From: Harriotta raleighana
Lineage: Eukaryota
Length of the DNA: 64,000 nt
Assembly: GCA_050575255.1 (NCBI GenBank)
Contig: JBNZDD010013520.1
Span: 787,751 to 851,750, forward strand
Direction: 5' to 3'
Below are positions 13,601-26,700 of the stretch, piece by piece. How positions within the stretch are numbered: position 1 is the first letter of the stretch; each line of letters opens with the position of its first letter. Position numbers and translations under genes: made by a program. Under the pieces are notes generated by a model, which was given only the letters and a program-made list of their open reading frames with translations, ran no database searches and had not been told where the DNA came from.

Positions 13601-16600
13601 GAGCAGGGAAGGAGATCGGATTTACTTCCTCAATTGACCTGTTCTATTCCAGGGCCTCTAAATAGGAGCTCTGCACTTACTCCAGCTAGTTAGCATAGTA
13701 TGTGTATGTATGTGTGTGTTGTGTGTGTGTGTTACTTTCAGAATCTATATTGTCCTTCAAAAAAGACCTGGATAAATAAGAATAATCATGTACCCTGCAG
13801 CACCTNCATGTGTGTGTGTGTGTGTTACTTTCAGAATCTATATTGTCCTTCAAAAAAGACCTGGATAAATAAGAATAATCATGTACCCTGCAGCACCTTA
13901 TCGCTTCATGGAGGCATCTCAAAGCGCTGCACAGAATCTACTGGAGAGAATATAAGTGGAGTGACTGTGCAAAAAGGGTCAGTTACAGGGGTATAGGAGT
14001 GAAAACCAGATAAATTGGATTGAAAGGATTACTCCAGTGCCATCCTCCTAATGTGAAAGGCGCAATATAAGCATAATTTTGTTGTTGTTGTTGTCATCAA
14101 TACACTTACTCTTTGAGACGTGCTCCTGACATGAAAGGTGCTGTATTAGGTGCAAGGATTATAGTAAGTATCGTGACTGTGTATTTGACACACGGGTATT
14201 GTAATGGTCTGCTTCTATGCAGAGGAATTCTGTGGCTCTGCTAACCTTCACACAGAGGGCTTTCACCTCAGTCTTTGAAATCTGCTGATTCCAGAGCTTT
14301 TGCCACAGAGCTCAAAGGTCCAGTTGTCTTCCCCTCTCACTCTCTCCAACATACAGTCAATTCACTTTACAGTATACTCTGAGAAGTGCTTTGAGACATT
14401 CTAGAAGACGTGAAAAGCACTATATCAAATGCAAGGATTATTATTATTCCTCTGTGCCAAGACAGGTCGAGAACAACCCTTTGCAATTGTTAATGCAATT
14501 GTCTCTCTTCCCCCCCCACCCACCCCCCGTGCCCGCCCAAGGCCAATGCTATCAAAATCAGAGCTGCTGCGACAGGAAGGTGACTCCTTTTTTAATAAAG
14601 ATTTAATTGTGAAATGATCTGATAGAAATACTTGCCGCATGGTAAGAGGCTGCTTGACCTATTGAGGCTGGCAGCAGTCATTGTCTGTCTGTCTTGAGAC
14701 AGTTGAAGCTCATTTTGTCGATTGTGTTAATAGCAGGTTGCGGAGCACAGTGAAGAACAGTCAGACTCAGTGCAAGCTGCGTTCTTTTCCATCGGAGGAG
14801 GCAAATGTACTGTGAAGTCTTTAATGAGTCTTAGCAGTGGATTACATTGAGTCATCTAGAATTCACAAGTCTGACGCTCTTCTGTACAAGTTATCTCTGA
14901 ATGCTTTAATAACAATAATAATAGTCCTTTTCTTGTAGCATCTTATCAAGTTGGGAGGGTGACTCAAAAGCGCTTCACAGGGCTGACTGTGAAATTAAGT
15001 GTCTGTATATTTGTAGGAAAAGTGACAGCATAATTGTGCACAGTAATGTCCCACAACAGCCACAAAACAGTGACCAATTTTATTTGGGGATTGTTGGCCA
15101 GGACATTGGAAGAGAAACTCCGTTCTCCTTTAAACCAGTGCCATGGGATCTTCTCTTCGACCGTGCCTTCAGCTCCCCTCTCGACTCTCTACCTCCTCCT
15201 TGCTCCCACCCTCCCCCTCCCCCCTCGCCCCGAACATTTCCCCCTGCTCGGGTCTTAAATCATCTGTCCAGCGCCTTGGGACGTCCTCCTGACGTGAAAC
15301 GCGCTCTATAAATGTAATTTTGTTGTTGTTGTTGTTGTTTAATGTACATCTGAACAGGCAGATGGAATCATGCTTGACATCCCATCCAAATATACAGTCA
15401 TTGTACTGACAGTAAAATCTTAGGAGGCACCTTGAGAAATGTGCCTGATGTGGAAGGCTGAATTTTAAGGATTATTATTATCAACATGAACAACAACAAC
15501 TTTGTCGGACAGCGTCTCAGAGCGCTTCACAATAGGGAATCCTGGGACCGAAATAGGGGCAGGGGCAGAAAGGTGACCAAAAGTGGGGTCGAAGAGAAAG
15601 GTCTTCAGCTGTGACCTGAGACTGGGAAGAGAGGGGGCGAGGCGAAGGGAGTGAGGAAGGGAGTTCCAGAGCCTCGGGGCGTAGTGGATAATTATTATTA
15701 TCATCACATCCAGTGGTAACACACAATTCAGTTTACATTTATAGAGCACCTCTCACATCAAGAGGCCGCCATAAAGTCCAAATGGTTTGGGTGGTGGATT
15801 TCAGAAGTGTTCTGTTCACCAGCAGAGTGGGGGGTACACAGACTGCAGAATCCAGCTGGGAGAGCTGACTGAGTCTAAGGAACTATATGCTGCATTGCCA
15901 CACTGCGGTTGTCATATCAATGCCCTTAAGGATTGAGGAACAGCAGGAACACACTCACTAGCTCCATGAATAAATTTGTTATACAATTGCACTGCAACTG
16001 TGTCCTGTCAACTCCTGAGGGTCTCCGCAATCTCCATGTGTTATACCACGTTAATTACCTTATTCAGAAGTGTGCTCCTTACTGAAGTGTATGAATGGAG
16101 CTTTTAGTAAGAATTTTAACACTGGAGATTTTGCATGTAAAATACTCATGTATTGCCCAACTCTGTGACATAATCCTTTACAACCTTTTTGAAGAGGATT
16201 TTGAACTGAATGGCACTTAAGCACATTGGGTTTGAGAGGAAATGGTTCAGGCAAGTGACTGTCAGTTATAACAAGTGACAGCTTGGCTCAGTTGGCAGCA
16301 CTCTCTCCTCAGGGTCAGAAGGTTGTTGTGCGTTTAAGCCTCACTTTTATGACTTTGAGCACTTGCTAGGAGAGCGCTGCACTGTCGGAGGTGCCATCCT
16401 TCGGATGAGACATCAGTCAGAGATTTCATCTGCCTATTCAATTGGATATTAAAAATCCTGTCATGCTCTTCGCAAAGAGAAAGGCCAACAAATGATCACT
16501 TACTCCATGGCTGTTGGTGGGACACTACTGTGTGCAAACTGCCTGTTGCATTCGTTATTAAGATACAGTCACTGTACTTTAAAGTATATCCTTTGAAGTG

Positions 16601-19600
16601 CTTTGAGACGTCCTCTTAACATGAAGAGCGCTATCCTAAATGTAGTGAGCTTGACTTGTACCTTGGAGCCAGCTCTGTGATTTCACTGGAAACAGTTCAA
16701 CCTCAGTGCATCTGTCCTGTCGCATTAAACTAAACAAATGTTAAAATAGCCATTACCTTTCACAACCACGACATTGGTTTTTATCTTGGCCAATAACCAT
16801 GGCAACGTGATCAGCAGTGCGATACGAAGGACTTTTGCTGTTCAGCCGAAGCCATTCTGCTCGCCCAGCACATGGCAGCACTTCCTCACTTCCATTATTG
16901 TGAAGAGAAAAAAGACGCAACAGAGCGGAGCAGGTGCTCAGAGTTTGAGATTTAGCATTGCTGTGTGTGGTTCAGAAGCAGAATGTGCCTCAGGAATATA
17001 AGGCATTCCCAACCTGATTTTTCAGGCCCTGATATTTTACTGTGAATTGTACTTGTTATCTACACGCACACACACATACACTCAGACAGACACATACTCA
17101 CTCCTAGGGACTGGATTTCTAAATCACCCAGAGCCGTGTGGTTTGTTATTTGGAATTACTCCCATCAATCTTTGAAATATCCCTTCGCCTCAGCGCAAGT
17201 CACTGAATCTGTCCAGTAAAAACTGTCAATTTCTAATTTATTTACTGTGTTTCTCTATTTTTCACTTGAAAGCATTTTTCTCCTTTTCCCCTCCCCCCCC
17301 CCCATTCCCCCACTCCATCCTCCCATCCGCCCCATCTTTCCTCTTGTCAACTAGAGTCCAGTGCATCACCGAAGAGGCCAACAAGAACAATAATTTACAT
17401 TTGTACAGAATCCTTCAAACAGGATAACGTCTCAGAGCTCTTGATATTTGGTTCCCAATGTTCATACAGGAGATATGATCCAATCCAAATCCACACACAC
17501 AGACACAAAACACACACCTTCCAACAGGACTCTCTGATTGAATCTCTTCCCAACTTTCCATTTCCCAATTCAGGAGCTCTGAACCCATTTTGCGATGATA
17601 ATAAATATCATTTGGACTTGATATCAAAATGACTCAAAGTAGTTCACAGGAGTTTACTGTACCTAAGTGTAGAGACTGTGTATTTTGGAGGCAAATACAG
17701 CAGCTAATTTGTGCACATGAGCAGTTGTGAAGAGAGGAACAAACCAAGTTCAAGCTATAGCTCCCCAGCCTCAGCTCAGCATGATTTCATTCAAAGCCCA
17801 TGTCGCAATAACGCTCTCTACCACTGTGTGGTGACAGTGTGTTATGCTTATGGTGCAGCCAGATTCCATGGTACAATTTGAAAAGAGAAGGGATATTCTG
17901 CTGCATTTGCTTTCCAAATAAAGTCACTACACTTTACAGTGAATTCTGTCAAATGCTATGCATCCTCTCAACATGAAAGCTGCCGCATCAAGAGTGAAGA
18001 ATTATTACTGATTAGGAGAAAGGCGCCTGCAATAAAATCCCAGCAAAAGTGTGGTACATTGCAGGTAGCATGTTGTTGAGCTCGCCCATGGTAAGTTTCA
18101 GTTCCTGTTGTCGACGTTGATCATTAAGCAATGATTGATGTAACCAATGAGGACCACTGTATTCTATCTACAGGGTGGATCCATGGGAATGCTATCAGGA
18201 CACCTGGCAAACTACTTGCAGTGTGCTGGAACATCATAGGGACCTAATGAAGGTAAGAAGGAAAGACTGGAGAAGCCAGAATTGTGCTCCTTAGAGCACA
18301 GAAAGTTGTGCTTTGAGGAGGTGTACAAAGTTATGAGTAGTTTTGACAAGAACAGAAAGCGGAAACTGTTTCTGAGCCAAGTAACCACTGATTTCCTCCA
18401 CCCCCACAAATACACACCCAACTGTCCTCCCATCACAGCATCAAGCTCTTTGTGATAAGGTGGGTTTGTGCGTCTATGTATGCAGTACCTGTTTTGCAAG
18501 CTGCTAAATAAGGACATATCCCATGAGTGAGGGAAGTGAGTGAGTAGCATATGATTTATACAGTGTCCTACCCATGAATGCTATTAAAGAGGTGTTTAGT
18601 GGTGTCCCATCGAGTGCTCACAGTGTGATGCAAAGTGAGTTGAAGGCGAAGACAGTTTCTTTCACCAATGTTAGTTTAACTTGGGCCATTGTAAATTCAC
18701 TAGGAGCTTTGATCCTGCCTATAGTTTTATTGGAAGCAGCTGTCACTTCTCTCTGGCAGAGACCTTTTCATGCTACTTCGGAACGCCTTCAGGAGTGATT
18801 TGCTGTGGGAGACTTTGAGCACAGTACAACCACAGTAGCTTGTCAAGAAACTTCTTTACATTAAACTTTCGGACTCTTTTACACATCGGATCTTAACTTA
18901 ATGCTCCAGCCTTGTACATCAATATCTTCAGTTCTGACATTATTTTGGGATATTACTGTACTTATTTACAGTGCAGGCAGTAATAATAATAATCCTTACA
19001 TTTCATATAGCGCATTTCACATCGGGAGGAAGTCTCAAAGCTCCTCACGAATGTGTTTTGGAGGGAAATGCGGCTGCCAATTTCCACACAGCAATACTCT
19101 GAAAACAGCCATGAAATGAAAGGCCATTTTATCTGGGGGATTGTTGGCCAAGAACATCGAGAGAAATTCCCTTCTCTTTTCAAATAGTGCTATGGGAGCT
19201 TTAACATCCACCTGAACAGACAGACACACAATGCACACATGATTTTGAAGATCAAAAGGCGAACGGTAATTTTGTTCAGCTTTGAATTTGTGGAGTTCTG
19301 TATCAGGTAATAAACTCCCAACTAAATTTCAGCTAATTGTGGCACCGCAGCTTTTCTCCTCCAGTCCCTGAATAAACCTACCCACTCATTTAAATAGTCA
19401 GTTGTACTGGCTTCTTGAGGGAGGTTCTACTGCGGTGCCAGGTAAGATGCTGTGATATAACTTCTGACTGTGATTAACAGCTTTACTAAAATATGCTGCG
19501 AGGGTGTTCAGCGCCTTGCTTTTTCTTTCTTGCTATAGAGAGTGACGGGCTGCATTCTGTCCAATGTAAACTCTCCAGCCACTCCAGTGATTGGACAGCC

Positions 19601-22600
19601 GCAGAATGGGAGACGTTCCATCTACCAGAACACTTCAATCACAAACAACAAACCCACCGCAGGTAAGTCTCGTGTGGCAAGGTGGGTGATGGGCGGTTGG
19701 CTGTGGTGATATGGGGAAACAAATACTTGGCTCTGCAGCGCCTTGAGATATTCTCCCGTGAAAGATGCAATACAAATGCAATTGTTGCTGTCTCGTTGCT
19801 AGTTGCTGACACAGATTCGCTGCAGTGTTTGAAATGACAGATCACAGCATTGCAAATGTTTGAACCACTTTGCACAGTAGTTTTGACTTGATCACGCACA
19901 TAAATATTTACTATTCTTTGCGAATCCAGGGTGTTAATAGTGTAAGCAAGTTAATGCAAGTTACGAACAAATTCTGTGTGTGTTGAGGGGATGTTGGTGA
20001 GACACAGCTAGGTACCTCATTTATTTATCCTAATAGAGTACTCACTTAACACTAAACAGTAAACAAATCAAATAGGAAGACTTCATTAAATGCAAAACTC
20101 AACACGCTTATACATATTTAATTACAATTTAAAGTAACAACTGTTTAGTAAGCATTAAGTATTAATGTTTTATTGAATCTTTATTATAAAAAATCCTGTT
20201 TATATCTCACTGAGATTATTACTTCTTTAAAATGGAAATCTATCAAGTGAAGAGCCAAACTCTTGAACAGAGCTCAGTATGTGTGTCAGTCTGGCTCAGT
20301 CACGAGCTCTCTCACTTTTGAAAGAGAAAATTGTGGGTTCAAGCCCCACATTGAGACTTGAACTACCATCGTCTAAGGCAGTTTATGTCCTGAATCAAAA
20401 AACATGTATCACCCCTCCTTACATCTGGAGCTAAAACAGAACACCCTAACTCTACCCATCATGTTAGTCCTTTCTCTCCACTCAGCCATTGCCTCAATGA
20501 ACAATTTGAATAATTCTAATGGTTCTTCTTGCAGTTCGGTTCCTGGGGAAGGTGAGTGAGAGCCTAGGGAAGATCTGCTGTGTCCGACCCCACATTGAAC
20601 GCTTCACGTTTGTTGGTGAGAAGATTTCCTGTTCTCTCTTATCGAGTCTCGATCTCATTTACTGTGTGCTTCACATGTACTAGACTGTCATGTCCTGCCG
20701 TTTGCCGTTGAGTTTGACTCAGTTGGTTGCCCACATACGTGCCTCTGAGCCAGAGGATTAGGGGTTCGAGACCAGAGTTAAAGAGTGACGATGAATGGTG
20801 GATAAAGTCTAAGTTTTTTTATGATCAACATTCAACATTATACAGAACTTTCCCTCCGGAGTTTCAAGGGGTTCAGTTGAAGCAGACTGTAAAGTGGGTT
20901 GTGATGAGTGTTTGGAAAGAAAAGGTTTTGAGGAGCATAATGGCATTCTCCCATTCCAAGCTTTCTCATATTGCACTGACTTGAACTCTGTCTGTTTCAG
21001 ATGAGAACGCAAATCTGGGCACTGCCGTAAGGTACGAGGAGATTGGTGAGTGTCACAGCATCAACTCCCCCCAATATATTGTTGCTGTTATCCCTAGAAA
21101 AGTTGATATTGTTTTCCAGTTATCTTAGCTTTTATTTTCCCTCTTCAACCTTCTACTTGATGGTACTGTGTACATACATGCAAAGGTCCGGGGTCCATTT
21201 GTGTAATGGTGTCTTGTGCATGCATGTGCAGTGTGTGTGTGTGAGGTGGTGCAGCGTGTTTGTGTGTATGTGTGTGTATGTATAAATGTGCAGTGTGTGT
21301 ATGTATAATGATCCTCTCCAGTGTCAAACCTTATGTCTATGCCCCCATCCCTTCAGAGCTACGTATCTTGTTGCTGTGTGGCAGTGACCTCCTTGAATCG
21401 TTTTGCATCCCAGGCCTGTGGAACGAGGAAGATGTGAGTATTTTATGCCTCTCTATTTGTTTTCCGGGCTGAGTTAAGATTTCATAGACCACTCTCATTG
21501 ATAGGATTTTACTTGCTAAGTTGAAAGTTCAGAACCAACCATTTCAATAGTTTGGAATATTTTTCACTGGTAATGGTTGGATATTGCTTCCATAACATTG
21601 TATTTCCATTCCATTCTAGTTATGTGTCAAGCTGGCTCAGTTGGTTACCTCTATCGCTTCTGAGGTTGTAGGGATTTTGAGCTCATTGTAGTCTAGGCTG
21701 AAACTCCAGATCTACATTGCCCAGAGGTGCCATCCTTCAGATAGGGTGTTAAACCAAGGCCTTGTCTGCTTGTTCAGATGCATATTAATAATCCAGTGGA
21801 ACTATTTGAAAAGTCATAAGCAGTCCCAAAATCATAAAAATATACAAATTGCTGGATGAAACAAAACCAAGGTCTGTCCATTTGGCTTTCCACCATCCTA
21901 GCAGTTGCTTGTACATGTCATATCGCAAACTATGTGCTGTAGGTATGTAAGTCGTGGGACTGTAGACTTTACCCAGTGACTGGATTCACATCATGCAGAA
22001 AACTCTGCTTTGACTGATTCCATTCCAAAGTGGATGGACAGGGGAAGGAATCCAATTGCGGAACACCGTAACTTAGGTCCAGGTTGTTCTCACCCAGCGC
22101 AAAGTATGTGTGAAGCCACAGGGAGGATCATTGTCACTGTACTTTGACATACTCTCTCCCAGATGGAGGTGATTGTGGGCGACTTCGGCATCGTGGTGGT
22201 CCCACGTGAAAGAGTGGACACAGACCGCATTATGAACCACTCCTCGGTCCTCCGCAAGTACAAGGTCAGTGTGCAGCTCCTGGGTCCAGGGAATTTGGCT
22301 CAGAGTAACTTTGTCATACTATTCCGCGCAATATACAGTCAATTCACTTTACAGTATATTCTGTGAAGTGCTTTGGGACATCGATAAGATGTGAAAAGCG
22401 CGATATCAAATGCAAGGATTATTATTATTATTATTCTAGTCGCCACATGATAGGAAGGATATTATAACATTAGAGAGAGTACAGCGAAGGTTTACAACAA
22501 CAACAAAATTACTCTTGTAAAGTGCCTTTCATGTCAGGAGGAACATCCCAAGGCGCTGGGACGTTATAAGGATGTTACCTGGCATAAGTGGATACAGGCA

Positions 22601-23712
22601 TTAGGAAAAGTTAGGGCTGTTTCCCCTCAATGTTCAATCCACAACTAATGAGCATTAATATAAGGTAGGCATAGGTAGATCTAACATGGAGTTTAGGATG
22701 GATTTGTTCACACAGAGGGTTGTGAGAATGTGGAGCTCATTGCTGGTTATGGTTGAATAGCATCAAGGTATTTAATAGAAAAGTTGCAAACACGATGGAA
22801 AGGAATAGAGGGGGATAGGTGAGGGGGATAGGTGAGGGGAATAGGAGGGATGGAGGTATTATGTGGAATATAAACACTGGCACAAATTAGTTGGGCAGAA
22901 TGACCTGCTTCCATGCCTATCACTCTGTGTAACTCTACGTGTAAAACAGAAAGCTCTTTGCTGTGCAACATCAGAATATATCTTGTCGGCTGACGACACG
23001 TTTTAAACAATTTGGAACTTGCTCACTTGCGTACATGGGTTTGGTGGAACACAGCTCGGTATTCCAGCATAAAATACTTCAAAGACTTTCTTTTTCTCTG
23101 AAACAGGACAACACCATTGTGATAAAGGATGATACCAACCACCCTATGTCTGTTGTGAGTTCTACTAAGAGCAGGTGAATACCCAAAGTCTAATCATATG
23201 TTTAGTATGGCTTATGCAGAGTTGAGTTATCTCAACAATGAATGGAATACAAACTCTTGAACTGGAGATGGACAGGTGTATGACTTATTGTATGGTTTAT
23301 ACAGATCAGCTTTAAACAAGTTTATTGTAGATTGTTCCTCTGATCAAAATAATGAGCAAAGATAATGTATCATTTATACAGTAACAAAATGGAATGCACT
23401 CGATGAGTTTATTAGAACCTTAGAGAAAGTACAGTGAGGATTTTGACTGATTCCAGTCATTGAATGAATATAGGATGAATGAATATAGCCATCTTGAAAG
23501 ATTGGATGAATTGCAACTTTTCTCTCTGGAGTTGAGATAATTGAGAAGGAGACTTGGGACATCCTCTGGACAAAAGCAAGGATTATTTCTTCATTATTTA
23601 TTCCCACAGACTGGCTCTGCAGCATGGAGATGGACACGTGGTGGATTATTTGAACCAGCCAGTTATTGACTACATCCTGCAGAATCAGCTTTACATCAAG
23701 ACTTCTGGATAA
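10592..23712 (+). CDS. NMNAT2: NMNAT2, nicotinamide/nicotinate mononucleotide adenylyltransferase 2: span of coding exons 2-11 (5'-partial, exon 1 not in window)
   Basis: Ten GT-AG exons (836 nt) splice into one open frame from [18 protein letters not shown] to QLYIKTSG*, closely matching vertebrate NMNAT2, including the CC palmitoylation motif and [12 protein letters not shown]; tail-to-tail with LAMC2 as in mammals. Confidence 0.97.
12188..12489 (-). mobile_element. tRNA-derived SINE, near full length
   Basis: Reverse complement of the same head, body and (TTA)n tail. Confidence 0.82.
12540..12785 (-). mobile_element. L2 LINE 3' fragment
   Basis: Degenerate L2 ORF2 C-terminus (FRTRLKTFL-like) on the minus strand. 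Confidence 0.65.
13163..13230 (+). CDS. NMNAT2: NMNAT2 exon 3 ([23 protein letters not shown])
   Basis: ctgcag| acceptor, AG|gtaaac donor, 68 nt; not in the ORF track, translated manually. Confidence 0.95.
15490..15688 (-). mobile_element. 5'-truncated L2 LINE
   Basis: Encodes [31 protein letters not shown] (L2 ORF2 end), (TTG)n tail, flanked by repeated ATTATTATTATCA. Confidence 0.82.
16275..16645 (+). mobile_element. Deu-domain SINE, near full length
   Basis: tRNA-like head TTGGCTCAGTTGGCAGCACTCTC, CACTGTCGGAGGTGCCATCCTTCGGATGAGAC block, L2-type tail. Confidence 0.75.
18174..18252 (+). CDS. NMNAT2: NMNAT2 exon 4 ([26 protein letters not shown])
   Basis: ctacag| acceptor, AAG|gtaaga donor, 79 nt. 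Confidence 0.95.
18982..19222 (-). mobile_element. Deu-domain SINE 3' part
   Basis: Reverse complement of the shared body and tail. Confidence 0.7.
19539..19662 (+). CDS. NMNAT2: NMNAT2 exon 5 ([41 protein letters not shown])
   Basis: Polypyrimidine tract plus tatag| acceptor, CAG|gtaagt donor, 124 nt. Confidence 0.94.
20535..20615 (+). CDS. NMNAT2: NMNAT2 exon 6 ([27 protein letters not shown]), Golgi-targeting/palmitoylation region
   Basis: ttgcag| acceptor, TTG|gtgaga donor, 81 nt, contains ICCVRP. Confidence 0.94.
21001..21045 (+). CDS. NMNAT2: NMNAT2 exon 7 ([15 protein letters not shown])
   Basis: tttcag| acceptor, TTG|gtgagt donor, 45 nt. Confidence 0.94.
21215..21305 (+). repeat. 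Imperfect (TG)n microsatellite upstream of NMNAT2 exon 8
   Basis: Direct observation. Confidence 0.85.
21357..21433 (+). CDS. NMNAT2: NMNAT2 exon 8 ([26 protein letters not shown])
   Basis: cttcag| acceptor, GAT|gtgagt donor, 77 nt. Confidence 0.96.
22163..22264 (+). CDS. NMNAT2: NMNAT2 exon 9 ([34 protein letters not shown])
   Basis: tcccag| acceptor, AAG|gtcagt donor, 102 nt. Confidence 0.96.
22437..22935 (+). mobile_element. CR1 LINE 3' fragment, interrupted by a short L2 tail
   Basis: GAGAGAGTACAGCGAAGGTTTAC and TTCACACAGAGGGTTGTGAGAATGTGG blocks typical of the CR1 ORF2 end and 3' UTR. Confidence 0.7.
23107..23174 (+). CDS. NMNAT2: NMNAT2 exon 10 ([23 protein letters not shown])
   Basis: aaacag| acceptor, AG|gtgaat donor, 68 nt. 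Confidence 0.95.
23610..23712 (+). CDS. NMNAT2: NMNAT2 exon 11, last coding part ([33 protein letters not shown])
   Basis: ccacag| acceptor, TAA at 23710-23712. Confidence 0.95.
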
Positions 23713-26700
23713 GACCTTCATCTCCCCTCACCATCCCCTGTCCTGCCCTGCCCTTCCCCTTATACACATAAACCCACACAAGCCAGACCATCAAGATGAG
23801 CTCCAGATTCCTACTCATTAAAACTCTGCCACTGCTTTACTGCTTACGTGCTACAGGAGCTTCTATTGTGTCTGCCCTTCCCTCTGTACAACAAGAGCAG
23901 AGACTGTACTGACAGAACGCAGTCTGAACTGCATCGATCACCTACTTACCACTCGTGTCACTTCCTCTGTGGTGCCCTGATCCTGTGTCGACCATTCATA
24001 TTGCCATTCAATACTCATCGTTGGGGTAACTCTTCTCTTTTGTTGTTTCCTTTAAAAGTAGAATTGCTTTCTGGTAGGGAACTCCTCCCCATTCCTCCCA
24101 CCCTACCCTTATCCTTCCCATCCCACCCCTCTTCTGAAAGCCACTTGCAACTTTAACGACCCATCCAGCCTCGCCTGCCCTCTCTGAGCTCTAGGAAGCA
24201 TGCCTATAGATCAAAGAACAGCTTCAAATACCACTGTGTTTAATCTGCTTTCTGTGCTATTCTACTTCATACATCGATTGTTCCCCAACAGGAGAGGAAC
24301 AAATAACCATTCAGCTGTAATGCAGGTATTCTTGACATGATAGAGAATGGGAAACGTAGAAAATATTCACAAAGATTTTTCTCCCTAACTCCATCCCCCC
24401 AAAAAGGCACTTTGCAGCAACATTGGGAATCTTGTTAGAGAGCTGAACGCCAGTCTCCTTCCCTGGAGCCCAGCTGTTGTACTCCTTGATTTTTGAGTAA
24501 GGCACTGATTTCTGTCTGGATTCCCGTAGTAGTTTGGTACAGAGTTTCAGCCTATGGAGACAAGGGCACTTATGGTGACCACTTTGCTTTGCTTCGTTGC
24601 GACACAATGTGCCGTAACAGTACAGATACCCACAGACAGACCTGTACGAGTGGATCCGACCGACCATCCTGACTTCTGCGATGCCATACAAGGGAATGAG
24701 AAGCCGAAAAGTGCTTTTTTTTAAAATAAAGGATTGCGGCTATTTACATGCACAAAATTGAAGCGGATAGAACAGTTGCCTTTACATCTAGGGGGCATTT
24801 TATCCCCGTCAACATTCACTCAAACCTCGGCTAAATGACATTTAATCGTAGAAGCTACCTTCATTGGAGCGTTCACTGTAACTTAAGGTCACTGGGCTTC
24901 AGTTTTCAACTTTGTTCACGTTACTATTTCTGGGCCACCCGGAACTGAAATCTCTTGAAAATCAGGTGGAAATGAGAATCAAAATGTGTTTAATCCCAAA
25001 ATTGAATCCCAATTTATTGTACAGCCACCCTCATGCTTCTGTGAACCATCAAAACATTTCAATTTTTCACCAAGGATGACATGAACAGCAACAAATTACA
25101 TTTGGAAAGCGCCTTTCATGTCGGGAGGATGTCTCGGTTTGAACCTGAACCGAAAGTTAGGATCAGGAGGGTTGGAGGTCAGAAAGGGTAGAGATAGGAG
25201 GGTATCTGATGGTGCGGTTGAAGAGGACGGTATTGAGACTAGTCCAAAGGAAGCAAGGGAGAGAGTGAGGCAAAGGGACTGGGACACAGTTTCAAAGAGT
25301 GGTGTGAGCATTACCACTGTTTGGTGTACATACACTGAAAGATATTGTTTTGGAGGGTAGGGTCGCTAGGTGTGAGGTGGGGGAAGAGATTGTAACAGAA
25401 TTGTGTTAGATTCCAACCAAGCAAGGAGGAGCACAATTCGAGCCAATATGATTTTGCTCCTTGGATGGCAGTTAAGACAATCCACTGGTGGGGTTAGTGT
25501 GGCTTGTTGCTAGCAGTTAGGCGAGCTTCAAAGAGAGAGGTGCACCATTTGAGAGGTTGTTCAGAATGTTTACGCACTATTGGAATATAGCTCCAAGTTC
25601 CCCCATAGAAGAATGACAAAACTCTTTCCTTCACTGTTATTGGGAAATTGAGAGAAGATGAAGTAAAAATTACAAATTATATAGAAGGCAAGAAAACGAG
25701 AAGCATGAAGCACTTTAAGGTAGTTGGAGCCAAACATACATAAGCAGACAGAAATGAATTCAGATCTCCATTGTAGCAGTCAGTGGCTATTTTTTCTGCA
25801 TTGGATTTGACCCCTTCCCTTGCCTATGGAGAGATCAAACATAGTTGGAGCAGTATGTCTATTGGCTACAATAGCCAATTGTGCATAGCATCAAACTTAA
25901 AATGACTGCAAGCCATGAAATAGCCAAATTTCCTTATACCACACCTAGCAGTACGTTTACCTGGCAATTTTACCTGGTAAGTAGGAGCCTGGTTTCTAGT
26001 TAATTGATGGATCACTTTTGAGGGGTAATAATCCCTTTAAAAAAAAAAGCAGTGTGGTCACTCAATCTGCAACTGTTTGTGGGACACTCCTATGTGCTGC
26101 CGCATTTTGCCCACACACTACAGGGTCAATTTACTTTACAATATATTGTGTGAAGGGCTATGGGATGTCTCAATTACATGATAAGGTACTAAATCAAATG
26201 CAAGGATTATTATAATATTAAAAAGAATGGTACTAGAGGATTTGGGGAAAGTGGATTGAATGGCTTCTCACTGTGTTGTACCTTTCTATTGTTCCATCAG
26301 TGTTTTTTGAGACTTGAAGTGTCACCCAATCTTGACAGTGTTCAGTTACCACCAACCCCCCCTGTCAGACCCAGGTGTTACATAAATCAATCCTCACTCA
26401 TAGTCCCAACATAGTCGCTTCTCTTCAGTCCCTTCTCTTCAGTCTCTTCTAAAGAGCGCATGAACTAATGAATCCAGTATACAGTATTAGGGAAAAGGCA
26501 CATTATAAAAATGAGAGAAATCCCACTTGCATGAGATCAGGAAATGGTTCTTCACCCAAAATAATTAGTTTTCCTTCACGCAAAAGGTTGTGATATTTTC
26601 GAAAGCACAGTCCCAGAAAGCAGTAGATGCAGAATCGATTGGGATGTCTAAAAAGATAGATAATTGTAACGTGAGGTTGTTATGGGATGGGGAAGAACAG

